This document shows positions 47,357 to 56,510 of a stretch of 64,000 nt of DNA, piece after piece. Every line of letters starts with the position of its first letter. Within the stretch, counting starts at the first letter, position 1. The translations under genes were made by a program, and so were the position numbers. This stretch comes from Myxococcota bacterium (GTDB lineage Bacteria > Myxococcota_A > Polyangia > Nannocystales > Nannocystaceae), in contig JBCCWC010000001.1 in NCBI GenBank assembly GCA_039194325.1, positions 64,001 to 128,000 on the forward strand, read 5' to 3'. The notes under the pieces are model-generated. The model was not told the DNA's origin. It saw only the letters and a program-made list of their open reading frames with translations, and did not search any database.

Positions 47357-48190
47357 TCAGGTTCCGATCGTCGGCTCGAGCGGCAACGGAGTCGTGCTTC
47401 GGCTCGCGGGAAAGCTAATGCCATCCAGAGTGAACCCCACCTGCTGGATACGATGACCGGCCACGATCCAGCCATTGGAAGCGATCCAAATGTCACAATT
47501 GCTCGTACCTCCAGTGTAAGGGTGCAGTCGCAGCGAGTAGTGAGGCCAACACCCGCTGGGCAATTGACAGATCAATTTATTGATCGCAATACTACCAGAG
47601 CCACTCTTCTGCTTGATGAACCCGCGAAGATGGACGATGCCACTGGAATCCTTGAGACACCCCGGGGGCGCAAGTGTCCCGTAGATTTCGGGAGCGCTAT
47701 CGTTCTGCACCTTCCATTCGAAGTCGCTCTCAAGCGTGATCTCTTGCCACGCTTCGAGTTCACCAGGCGTCACCTTTCCGTTGCATATGATATCCCCGTT
47801 CACATGCAGCGCCGCCTGCGGCTCCACCGTCCCGATCCCCACCTGCCCCGACGCGTGATCAACGAACAACCGACTCACCCCCCCGCTGGTGCCGATGCTC
47901 AGCCCCTTGCGCGCAGTCGTCGGATCCCCCGGATTACTACGCGGGTTCAGGCTCAGCGTCCACGCCGGCCCAGTATCGGCGAAATCCTCGTAGAGGTTGA
48001 GCACCTTCTGGTTGCTGCTGCCGTCCCCCGAAGCCTGCAGGCTCAGCGGACTCCCGGGCTGCTTGACGATCCCGTCGTCCTTTTGGTTGATCATCCCATC
48101 GATCAACTCCGAAAAGTTGTCCTCGGTGGGTAGCGCGTACTCCACGAAGTACGACTTGAGGGCGCTGCGATCTCGTTTGTTGATCTCCAT
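47357..48190 (-). CDS. eCIS tail fibre/adhesin, copy 1
   Basis: RSALKSYF...PTEDNFSELIDGMINQKDDG, GQVGIGT, KDSSGIVHLRG. Confidence 0.75.
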   Translation of the reverse strand: MEINKRDRSALKSYFVEYALPTEDNFSELIDGMINQKDDGIVKQPGSPLSLQASGDGSSNQKVLNLYEDFADTGPAWTLSLNPRSNPGDPTTARKGLSIGTSGGVSRLFVDHASGQVGIGTVEPQAALHVNGDIICNGKVTPGELEAWQEITLESDFEWKVQNDSAPEIYGTLAPPGCLKDSSGIVHLRGFIKQKSGSGSIAINKLICQLPSGCWPHYSLRLHPYTGGTSNCDIWIASNGWIVAGHRIQQVGFTLDGISFPASRSTTPLPLEPTIGT

Positions 48191-48209
48191 GGTGTCCTCC
48201 CTGCGTGAA

Positions 48210-51200
48210 TCAGCCGATGCGGAAACTCCCGGCCACGCTCATGCGGCCGATGCCGATCGGCGCCGCGGTGGTGTCTCCCCCCACGATGAAGTCCTTCTCG
48301 ATGCCCATGAACCCGATCCCCACCAGGCCCTGTAGCCCCGGCTTGGACACCACGAAGTCCACGCCGATCGTCATGTAGTTGATGCCGGTCGCGGTCCGCT
48401 CGGCCAGCTCTCCTTCGGCGCCGATCTCGATCTCGTGGTTGCGCGCCGCCACCAGCACCCCGTCGGCCCGCTCGGCGGCCACGTAGTAGCCCTCGAGGGC
48501 CGAGGGCTCGACCTGCGTGAAGCGCTCGCCGTCGTCGCTGCGAAACAGCGTGATCCCGTACACGTAGTCGACGTAGGGCCGGCGGTCGATGAAGTCGATG
48601 ATGCTGTTGGCGTAGACGCGCTCGCCGATCGTGATGTCGACCCCGTCGTCGTAGGCCCACGGCGACAAGAACCGGTTGATCTCGTCGTTGAGGGTCTTGC
48701 GCGCGTAGCCCTCGTCTTGGCCCTCATAAAAACGCACGCTCACCCGAACCTTGACCGCGATGTAGTGGGCGTTGCGCACCTCGACCGTGGCCGAGCCGGG
48801 CACCTTGTCGCCAAGCCACGCCTCGATTTCGGCCAGCGTGCTCGCGGGGGCCTTGGGCTCGAACGGGTCGAAGGGGATCTGGTTGCGGATGTCGGGAATG
48901 ACAACGACCACCACCTTGCCCGGCTCGCCCTGCGAGGGCAGGGCCCCGGCGTCGAGGCGCGCAGGCAGGCACTTGGCCTTGTAGATCTGGGGGAAGCGCT
49001 GCAGCACCAAGCGCTCGTAGTCCCACACGGTCAGCGCCCGCTGCTTGTGGCGCAGCCGCTCGCTGACCCGGGCGTCGAGGGCGGCGTCTTGCTCGGGCCG
49101 CGACCCGCCGAAGCCGGTGTAGGGCTGGTGGATCTTGGCCACGCCGCGCACGGAGGAGGCCAGCTTGGTGATCGTGCCGGCCGGCAGCGGCACGTCGTAG
49201 TGCGCGGGCGCGTTGCCCTGGTCGACGAAGGTGGCCGAGACGGCCTGGGTAGCGATCGCAATCGTGTCACACACGCTGCCCGTGTACCGGGGGATCGCCG
49301 CTCGCAGCCAGTACTGCCCCCCGGGCAGGGAGGCGCCAGGCTCCACCGCCGGCAGCGACAGCTCGACGATGCCCGAGCTGCGCAGCCCTCGGGTACCGTC
49401 GGCGCGCATGCTGCCGTCGTGCAGGTCGACCCAGCGATCCCCGCTGAGCACGCTCCACTCGACGGCCGCGCCGGGCAGATCCGGATCGGCGCTGCCCTCG
49501 GCCATCTGCACCAGCAGCGAGAGGTTCTGCGGGGCGGCCACGTCGCGCAGCCCGATGTAGAGCTCACCCTCGTATCGATCGTAGCGGGGCAGCAGCGGCA
49601 CGCCGTCGGGGCCCGGCGTCAGCTCGCACGTGCCGAAGGGATGGACATGATGCAGGACGTCGAGCGCCCCGTCGCCGGTCGCCTCGGTGATCCGCAGCTC
49701 GGCCGAGGATCCGTAGTCGACGCTGAGGCGCTTGATGGTGGGCGTGTAGGGCGGCTTGACCTGGTAGTCGGCCACGTCGACGGCGGAACCATCCTGGGGT
49801 GGCGTTGCGATGGCAGCCGCGACCGCGGCCGACATCTCATTGGCCTTGAGGGTGGCGACCACCGGGTAGGCGTCGTGCTGAAAGTCGAGCGGAGACAGCT
49901 CCCATCGCAGGTAGCGAGCCCACGTGGAGACCCGCTCGGGGTCGTCGACGGGCGTCGAGCCCGGACGGCGCTCGTAGGCGTGACCAGGCACCGCGGCTTG
50001 CACGGCGGCGGGGACGTCGGCCAGCTCGATCGAGTGCGAGGCTCGGGCGTCGCCAGAGTCGAAGAGCGGCGCCTCCGTGGTGAGCGTGAGATCGCGGCGG
50101 TCGTCGTGTAGATCGATCTGCACCTGGAAATCCGGGGGCAGCTCGGGGCCCGTGGGATCGACGGGGTCGGGGTTGTTGATCCCGTAGTGCTGATATTGCT
50201 GCGCCAGATCGGCGGGCACCCGCATCCAGTCGACGTGGAAGCGCACGTGGTCGAGCCGCTTGTCGACCAACTCGGGGTGACCGATGAAGACCTGCGAGCC
50301 CACGGTCGGCCGGCGCCCGAAGGGCGTGAACGGCTTGCGGGCGTCGAGGGTGCCGTCGTCGTTCTCGAGACGGAGCGAGGTCAGCCCGACCACGTCGACC
50401 GCGATGTGGACCGCGTCGAGGGTCAGCCCACCCAGCGGCTCGTAGAGGGTGACGTAGCGGCTGCGCTCGTCGTCCCACACCGGGCGCAGCATCAGCCGCA
50501 GGGCGGGCGCGGAGCCGGACGGGCCCTCGAGGGCCGCGGCCTGCGGAGGCAGGGTGACCGTGAGCCTGAGCGCGGGCAGGGCGGGATCGACGGTGCGCGC
50601 GACTCCGCTGAGCTGCTGGTAGTCCCCCTGCTCGATGGTGACCAACTCAGCCTCGACCCACCCCGCGGCGGTCTGTAGCTGCACGGCGAGCGGATCGCGA
50701 GGCAGGGCCTGCCCGATGGGTCCGACCTCGAACTTGTCGGGCAAGAACCCCAGGGTGATCGTGATGGTGCGCTGGCCCTCGCGAAGGGCCAGCAGCGGCG
50801 ACCGCAGGCCCCAGCCCAGCACCGGCGCCGGCGGGCTGCCCTGGTCTTCGTGCACCCGGGCGGTGCCGAATGTCTTCCAGCGGTGGATGTCGCGATCGGC
50901 CTCGAGCTCCAGGCTGGTGGTGACCGCGGTGGCGTCGGTGTGGGGGTGGATGTCGAGCCACTCGACGATCTCGGGCACCGGCACCGGCAGGCGCTCGCGG
51001 CTGCGCTGGGCGAGCTCGACGATGGTGTCGATCCGCGCCCACTCGTCGGCGGTGACGGGCTCGGCGCTGGTGTCCACCCGGTGGGCCACCTCGAGCAGCA
51101 GGGCGCGATCGAAATCGCTGCCGACCCACTGCTCGAGCAGGCTGTACAGCTGCACGGCGGTGGCCGGCCCCAGCGGCTGGTCCAGGCCCAGGCTGAAGGT

Positions 51201-52769
51201 CGCCCGCACGCGCTGCCCCTCGCTGCTGTTGCCCTCGCGTACCTTCGCCAGCGCGGCGCGGCGGCGCTCGTAGACCCGCTCGGCGTAGGCATTCGCCAGC
51301 AGCGCCTCCACGGTGTCCCAGTCGGCCCCGGTGGCCGCGGTGTCGTCAAGCCGAGCCGCGAGGAAGGCGACGTCCTCGGCGGACAGCTCGAAGTAGTCCT
51401 CGATGCGATCGATCGCCTGCTGGCACTGGCCCGGATCGTTGATCTCGACCAGCGCGCTGTAGTCGACGGGGCCGATCGAGGCGCTGACGTTGGTGTCGAC
51501 GTCGGTCGGATCGGTGATGACCAGCGAATACGAGGGATCGCCCAGCCGCCGCCGCGCGGCCTGCTCGAGTATACGGTTGATCTCCCGCCACTGTCCCTCG
51601 ATCGTCAGCCGCAGCTGCATCATCCGCGCGAAGGACTCGACGTCAGGGAAGTGCAGATCGGTGGTGATGAACGCCGCGGCGTCGCCCTCGACGCGTTGAT
51701 GGTAGAGCTCTTCGAGCGAGTCGATCCCCGTCAGCGAGCTGAAATCGGGCGTGCCCCCCAGGGCGTCCGCGACGTTGGTTTCGAAGTCACGCGGATCGAC
51801 CGGGCTGAACACATACGCGGGATCGGTCAGGCGCTGGCGCGCGGCCTCTTGCAGCCGGTCGTTGATCTCGGCCCACTCGGCGTCTGCGTCGGCGCCGATG
51901 CGCTGCTCGTGCAGCTGCAGCACCGCCCGTAGCTCGTAGAGCTCAAGGAACAGGTTCGCCGGGACGAACGCGACGATCTCGCCAAAGCTGCGCAGCAGGG
52001 CCACGTCGAGCACCGCATCGGCGGCCCCGACCCCGGGCCCCGCGGGCACCAGGGCCAGCGGCTCACCGGGTCCGGGCTCGCCCAGGGCCACCGAGAGCAT
52101 GGCGAGCATGGCCGCCTCGGGGTCGTCGTCGTGCTCGAGCCGAGTGTCGCGTAGCGAGGTCGCCTGGCGCTCAACGTGGACCGAGCGGAGCTCGACCACC
52201 TGGGCGTGACTGACCACCACGTCGCGATCGGTCTGGTAGATCCGCGGCGTGCCTTCGTCGTCCTTGCCCGCGTGGAGTCGCGAGCCGGCGGGCAGCCGCA
52301 CCTGCGCCGTCCCCCGCGAGGGCTCAACGAGCACGTTGACTTGGTCGGGCACCGCCGGCCGCGGGGTCATGCCGAGGATCGTGCGAAAGTGGAACTCGAG
52401 GTGGCGCCGGGTGATCCCGTTGAGCTGGCCCTGGGCGTGACGCAGCAGCTCGAGGAAGGCCAGCAGCAGCGACAGGTGCGGCCGGTCGAGCGACTCACGA
52501 TCGTGCACCCCCTGCGGATCGGCCATGAAGGCCACCATCGCGTCGAGATCGGGCTCGGGACCCAGCAGTCCACCGAGATCTCCCTGCGGCGTGCCGTCAT
52601 CGCCGTGGTAGACGAGCTGCTTGGTGTACTCGCGCACGAACGCGAGCAGATCGGCGGCGGAGCGCTCGTCGATCGCGACGTGCTTCGCGTCGAGGGCCGC
52701 GGGCGCACGCGCGGCCTGGCTGCTGCCGTCGCGGTGCAAGACCGGGGGGAGGAGGACTGGGTTGGCCAT
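48210..52769 (-). CDS. Baseplate J/gp47-like protein (Afp11-like) with a large helical insertion
   Basis: RDGSSQ, PHLSLLLAF, TRRHLEFHF, RVSERLRHKQRA, WDYERLVLQRFP, FLSPW. Confidence 0.9.
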   Translation of the reverse strand: MANPVLLPPVLHRDGSSQAARAPAALDAKHVAIDERSAADLLAFVREYTKQLVYHGDDGTPQGDLGGLLGPEPDLDAMVAFMADPQGVHDRESLDRPHLSLLLAFLELLRHAQGQLNGITRRHLEFHFRTILGMTPRPAVPDQVNVLVEPSRGTAQVRLPAGSRLHAGKDDEGTPRIYQTDRDVVVSHAQVVELRSVHVERQATSLRDTRLEHDDDPEAAMLAMLSVALGEPGPGEPLALVPAGPGVGAADAVLDVALLRSFGEIVAFVPANLFLELYELRAVLQLHEQRIGADADAEWAEINDRLQEAARQRLTDPAYVFSPVDPRDFETNVADALGGTPDFSSLTGIDSLEELYHQRVEGDAAAFITTDLHFPDVESFARMMQLRLTIEGQWREINRILEQAARRRLGDPSYSLVITDPTDVDTNVSASIGPVDYSALVEINDPGQCQQAIDRIEDYFELSAEDVAFLAARLDDTAATGADWDTVEALLANAYAERVYERRRAALAKVREGNSSEGQRVRATFSLGLDQPLGPATAVQLYSLLEQWVGSDFDRALLLEVAHRVDTSAEPVTADEWARIDTIVELAQRSRERLPVPVPEIVEWLDIHPHTDATAVTTSLELEADRDIHRWKTFGTARVHEDQGSPPAPVLGWGLRSPLLALREGQRTITITLGFLPDKFEVGPIGQALPRDPLAVQLQTAAGWVEAELVTIEQGDYQQLSGVARTVDPALPALRLTVTLPPQAAALEGPSGSAPALRLMLRPVWDDERSRYVTLYEPLGGLTLDAVHIAVDVVGLTSLRLENDDGTLDARKPFTPFGRRPTVGSQVFIGHPELVDKRLDHVRFHVDWMRVPADLAQQYQHYGINNPDPVDPTGPELPPDFQVQIDLHDDRRDLTLTTEAPLFDSGDARASHSIELADVPAAVQAAVPGHAYERRPGSTPVDDPERVSTWARYLRWELSPLDFQHDAYPVVATLKANEMSAAVAAAIATPPQDGSAVDVADYQVKPPYTPTIKRLSVDYGSSAELRITEATGDGALDVLHHVHPFGTCELTPGPDGVPLLPRYDRYEGELYIGLRDVAAPQNLSLLVQMAEGSADPDLPGAAVEWSVLSGDRWVDLHDGSMRADGTRGLRSSGIVELSLPAVEPGASLPGGQYWLRAAIPRYTGSVCDTIAIATQAVSATFVDQGNAPAHYDVPLPAGTITKLASSVRGVAKIHQPYTGFGGSRPEQDAALDARVSERLRHKQRALTVWDYERLVLQRFPQIYKAKCLPARLDAGALPSQGEPGKVVVVVIPDIRNQIPFDPFEPKAPASTLAEIEAWLGDKVPGSATVEVRNAHYIAVKVRVSVRFYEGQDEGYARKTLNDEINRFLSPWAYDDGVDITIGERVYANSIIDFIDRRPYVDYVYGITLFRSDDGERFTQVEPSALEGYYVAAERADGVLVAARNHEIEIGAEGELAERTATGINYMTIGVDFVVSKPGLQGLVGIGFMGIEKDFIVGGDTTAAPIGIGRMSVAGSFRIG

Positions 52770-52779
52770 GGTAGACGCG

Positions 52780-53208
52780 CTAGGTGGCCCGAAGCTTGGT
52801 GTTGGTGGTGGTGAAGCGACCCTGGCCCGAGTACTCGGGGGTCGGGTCGGGGACCGGGGGGAAGGGGAACATGGCCGGCGCCTCCACGCGGAAGCGGGCG
52901 ACGAACTGGCTGCCCACCAGCAAGATCGGCTTGTCGCCGCTGTTGCTCTTGGTGGCGACTTGATCGCCGGCCAGCGAGGCGATCTCGAGGGTGCCCGTAC
53001 CGGGGATGATGAAGGGCGGCGCCAGGTACATGCAGCCGGGCACCGACACGGTGCGCTCGTCTCCGTCGACGCACAGGGCCTTGCTCTGGTAGGTCGCGGG
53101 CCCGCTGCCCACGAGGGTGCCGGGCTGGACGCTGACGATCGCCATGCCGAAGCCGGGCATGAACTCGGCGATGTCGCCGTCGATGAGGGCGTAGTCGGTC
53201 ATGGTCAT
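52780..53208 (-). CDS. Spike tip protein (PAAR-like, Afp10 position)
   Basis: Small beta-rich protein (LIDGD...FG.A.V...CVDGDE...PG.G...F.V..PA...PD) between gp25 and baseplate J. Confidence 0.75.
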   Translation of the reverse strand: MTMTDYALIDGDIAEFMPGFGMAIVSVQPGTLVGSGPATYQSKALCVDGDERTVSVPGCMYLAPPFIIPGTGTLEIASLAGDQVATKSNSGDKPILLVGSQFVARFRVEAPAMFPFPPVPDPTPEYSGQGRFTTTNTKLRAT

Positions 53209-53645
53209 GCCCCCGGGCGCGTGGCCTCTTGCAGGTAGAACGGGAACACCAGGTTGTAGCGAGAGTTGGTGGCCCGCACGGTGTAGTCGACGCGGATCGT
53301 CAGCCGGCCGAAGACGGCGTCGTCGTCGGAGACGTCGACCGCCTCGAGGTGGATCCGCGGCTCGTACGAGACGATCGCGTTGGAGACGATCGCGGTCAGG
53401 TCATTGACCAGGGCCTGGCTGACCGGCTCGAACTGGAACGCGCTCAGATCGCAGCCGAAGTCGGGCCGCATGACCCGCTCGCCGAGGGCGGTCGACAGCA
53501 AGATCTCCAGGCTCTGGCTGATGTCCTCGGCCCCCTCGACCATGTCGACGGTGGCGCCGCCGGGGCCAAACCGGGGCGGGAACCCCCAGCCCTTGCCCAG
53601 GAACGATCCGTGCTCACCCTTCGAATCACTCTCGGTCTCGCTCAT
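53205..53645 (-). CDS. GPW/gp25 baseplate wedge protein (Afp9-like)
   Basis: FLGKGWGFPP, GERVMRPDFGC, EPRI, TNSRYNLVFPFY. Confidence 0.93.
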   Translation of the reverse strand: MSETESDSKGEHGSFLGKGWGFPPRFGPGGATVDMVEGAEDISQSLEILLSTALGERVMRPDFGCDLSAFQFEPVSQALVNDLTAIVSNAIVSYEPRIHLEAVDVSDDDAVFGRLTIRVDYTVRATNSRYNLVFPFYLQEATRPGA

Positions 53646-53649
53646 GGTG

Positions 53650-53841
53650 TTACTCCGAGCGCTGGTCTCCGCTGGCCGCGAGGGTCGGGACGGGCGTTGG
53701 TGTGGTGGCGCCCACCTGCCCCTTGGCTTGCTGCTGGAGGCTGGCGATGAGCTCGTAGACCCGCACGAAGGGCAGCTGCCCCAGGCCTTCGAGGATCAGG
53801 TTGGCCTCGTCCACGGTCACCGATAGCTGAATGTGCTTCAT
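53650..53841 (-). CDS. Small 63-aa helical protein between vgrG and gp25
   Basis: MKHIQLSVTVDEANLILEGLGQLPFVRVYELIASLQQQA. It fills the intergenic gap in the operon orientation. Confidence 0.65.
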   Translation of the reverse strand: MKHIQLSVTVDEANLILEGLGQLPFVRVYELIASLQQQAKGQVGATTPTPVPTLAASGDQRSE

Positions 53842-53861
53842 CGTTGGCCCTGCTCTTTTGG

Positions 53862-55547
53862 CTACATCACGTCGGTCTTGGGCGCCTCGATCTCGACCTT
53901 GCTGTCCGAGGCGATCTTGATGTCGGACGATGCCTTGATCTTCAGCTTGCCGTCGACGGAGATCTCGAGGTCCTTGACGCTCTTGATCGTGATCCCGTCT
54001 TTGTCGAGGGTGATCGAGTTGCCGTGCTGGTCGGTCAGCTTGATGCACTCGTCATCGTCGCTCAGCAGGATCTTGTTCTCGTCGGGGGTCTCGATGAACA
54101 CCGAGGGGTTGTCGTCGTCCTTGAACCCGATGATCGTGCCCTTTTTGGTGACGATCGCTTTTTTGAGGTTGTCCTTGTCGGGGTCGCCGACGTACTCGGG
54201 CTGTGCGTTCTTCGAGCTGAACAGCGCCCCCAAGATCACGGCCTGGCGCGGGTCGTCGTTGAAGAACCCAACGACGACCTCGTCGTCCTTCTCGGGCCGA
54301 AAGTAGTAGCCCCGCTCGTTGCCCGCGTCGGGGGTGGCCAGCCGGGCCCACACCGCGCCCTCCGACTCGTGGACCGCGGGCACGATCACCTTGACCCGCA
54401 GCTCCTCCTTGGGGTCTTCCTCGAACTCGTCGACGATGCCCACCTGCAGCCCGGTGACCGCGGGCAGCAGGCCGGCGGCCGGGACGGCGGTGACGTCTTC
54501 CTCGTGGCTGAACCATGCGGGGTCGAGCCCGAGGGTGAGCGTGGTCTTCCAGTTCTGGGCGCCCACCTCGTGCTCGACACCGGTCACCAGCGCGGTGCCG
54601 TTGAAGCGCTGGCCCATGCGCTGCAGGTCGACCAGGTCGAGCGGCTTGATGTCGGCCTGCCCGCGCACGGTGATCGTGCCGCGGATCAGGGCCAGCCGGC
54701 TGCGTGCCAGCCGGGCGTTGGCCCAGCGCTTGAGCTCGGCCGACGGCAGCGGGGTGAGCTGGGAGAGCGTGGCGGTGGGCAGCCCCAGGTCGTCGGCGAT
54801 CCGGCCGCCGTCGAGGTTGCCCTGCGACAGCGAGGTCTCTTGGGCTTGCTCGGCCGAGGTGGGGGCCTGGTCGCCGATGTCCCAGCCCACGCTCTTGATC
54901 TTGCTGTACTGGCTCAGGCCGTCGATCTCGAGATCGAGCGCGTAGACCTCGTCCATGCCGTAGCGGAAGGTCTGCGAGCCGCGGCCGCGGATCTCCATCT
55001 TCTTGGCCGACACGGCGCCGTCGTTGGCGCAGACCAGCAGGCCCTGCACATCGGCCCGCGCGAGGATGAAGTCCCAGTCGGTGGCGTGGTACTGGACCAG
55101 CTCGGCGTGCTTGGGCTGGGTGCTATCGACGGTGCCCACCTGCAGGCCGCCGTCCTGGAGGAGCTTTTGGATCACGTCGCCGTCGGTCTGGTCGCGAAAG
55201 ACGGTGCTCTTGCGCACCTGGGTGAGCTTGACCGCCTCGTCCTTGAGCTCGACCCGCAGGGTCGAGCCTGCTTCGGAGGCTTGCACGCCGTGCCGCACCA
55301 CCACGCCCTTGAACACCGTGGTGTCCGACTTTCCCTCGTAGCGCAGCTTGATCTCGAGCTTCTTGCCCGGCTCGAAGAACGCCGCATCGCTGAGCGCGAA
55401 CTTCCCCTGGGCGACGTCGCCGTCGCGTAGCTCGAGGCTGGCGTGGGGAATTCGGCCGACCTGCTTGCTCGTCTCGACTTTGATCACCTCGTAGGGCTTG
55501 TCGAGCTTGGCTCCTCCGCTGAGGATCGTGGCGGTGACGACGGTCAT
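53862..55547 (-). CDS. vgrG: VgrG-like central spike (Afp8-like)
   Basis: QYHATDWDFILARA, GLQVGIV, VWARLA...RPEKDDEVVVGFFNDDPR (OB-fold), and a beta-helix tail. Confidence 0.92.
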   Translation of the reverse strand: MTVVTATILSGGAKLDKPYEVIKVETSKQVGRIPHASLELRDGDVAQGKFALSDAAFFEPGKKLEIKLRYEGKSDTTVFKGVVVRHGVQASEAGSTLRVELKDEAVKLTQVRKSTVFRDQTDGDVIQKLLQDGGLQVGTVDSTQPKHAELVQYHATDWDFILARADVQGLLVCANDGAVSAKKMEIRGRGSQTFRYGMDEVYALDLEIDGLSQYSKIKSVGWDIGDQAPTSAEQAQETSLSQGNLDGGRIADDLGLPTATLSQLTPLPSAELKRWANARLARSRLALIRGTITVRGQADIKPLDLVDLQRMGQRFNGTALVTGVEHEVGAQNWKTTLTLGLDPAWFSHEEDVTAVPAAGLLPAVTGLQVGIVDEFEEDPKEELRVKVIVPAVHESEGAVWARLATPDAGNERGYYFRPEKDDEVVVGFFNDDPRQAVILGALFSSKNAQPEYVGDPDKDNLKKAIVTKKGTIIGFKDDDNPSVFIETPDENKILLSDDDECIKLTDQHGNSITLDKDGITIKSVKDLEISVDGKLKIKASSDIKIASDSKVEIEAPKTDVM

Positions 55548-55621
55548 GGTCGGGGTCGAGGGTTAGGTCGAGAGCGAGAACGAGAACGAGAACGAGAGTC
55601 AGTCGCGTCGAGGTCGTCGCG

Positions 55622-56317
55622 TCATTCGAGGGGCGGGAACACGAGCACCTGCCCGGGGCGCAGGCGCCGAAAGTCGTCGAGATCGTTGGCCCGGGCCACC
55701 AAGGTGCAGTGGGCGGAAGATCCGTAGATCCGCTGGCACATCAGCGGCAGGGTGTCTCCGGCCCGCACCTGCCGCAGGTGGCTGACGTCGGGCGAGGAGC
55801 GGTTCTCCTCCTGGGCGCGCTTTTTGTTGGACTTGTCCTCGTCGAAGCTCAGGGTGACCTCGGCGCGCAGCGGCGAGCCATCCCGGGCAAAGAGCGTGTA
55901 CCGGCACTCGAGCTGGCGGATCCGGCAGTCGAGCTTCTGGATCACCCCCCGCCCCCACTGGAGCCGGAGGAAGTTGGGCTCGTGGGTGCTGCCGTTGACC
56001 CGCACGCCCAGGTCGAGCAATTGTTCGACCCGGTCGGCGACCGACAGCAATTGGCTGCCGGGTGAGCCGGTCTCGGCGTACCCGGTGCCGTCGAGGGTGA
56101 GGGTGATCGACGAGGGAGAGCGCTCGGAGTGGACGAAGTTGGTCTGCTGGCCGCCGCTGCCCATCGCGTCGACCTTGGCGTAGACCACCGAGTACGACAG
56201 GCTGAACGACTCGGGGTTGAACATCGCCTCGAACATGCCGATCCGCATGGTGCGGTCGCGATCGGAGAAGGCGACGATCTGGAGCTTCTCGAGCTTGCCG
56301 GGGCTAGTCAGGGGCAT
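55622..56317 (-). CDS. CIS tube-initiator protein with a LysM domain (Afp7-like)
   Basis: FEAMFNPES, YTLFARDGSPLRA, SPDVSH, VRAGDTLP...VARAN...LRPG. Confidence 0.9.
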   Translation of the reverse strand: MPLTSPGKLEKLQIVAFSDRDRTMRIGMFEAMFNPESFSLSYSVVYAKVDAMGSGGQQTNFVHSERSPSSITLTLDGTGYAETGSPGSQLLSVADRVEQLLDLGVRVNGSTHEPNFLRLQWGRGVIQKLDCRIRQLECRYTLFARDGSPLRAEVTLSFDEDKSNKKRAQEENRSSPDVSHLRQVRAGDTLPLMCQRIYGSSAHCTLVARANDLDDFRRLRPGQVLVFPPLE

Positions 56318-56336
56318 CGATCTCTCCTTGTCTGGC

Positions 56337-56507
56337 CTATCTCTCTTTGGACTTACGCCGGCGGTGGTTGAGGCGACGCAGGCAGGCTTCGACGATCCGG
56401 TCGAAGTCTTCGCGGGAAAGCTCGGCCCGATCACGCCCCGCGCGACGCCCTATGGCGGGCTCACGGACCGCGGCGCGGATGATGATTTCGCGAATTTCCA
56501 CCGTCAT
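56337..56507 (-). CDS. Small Afp6/DUF5908-like protein (56 aa, absent from the ORF track)
   Basis: Hand translation gives MTVEIREIIIRAAV...DRIVEACLRRLNHRRRKSKER*, at the typical position between the tube and LysM genes. Confidence 0.8.
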   Translation of the reverse strand: MTVEIREIIIRAAVREPAIGRRAGRDRAELSREDFDRIVEACLRRLNHRRRKSKER

Positions 56508-56510
56508 GGC

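Noticed and set aside
45604..48190. Diversity-generating retroelement or shufflon acting on the fibre tips
   Set aside because: No reverse transcriptase, no adenine-specific TR/VR pair, no invertase and no inverted cassettes. Each copy is a full gene in the same orientation.
39546..55430. Long plus-strand ORFs (39546-41444, 41249-43039, 43519-45546, 48435-50111, 53844-55430)
   Set aside because: Antisense shadows of well-supported minus-strand genes, as expected in high-GC DNA. They contain no recognisable motifs.
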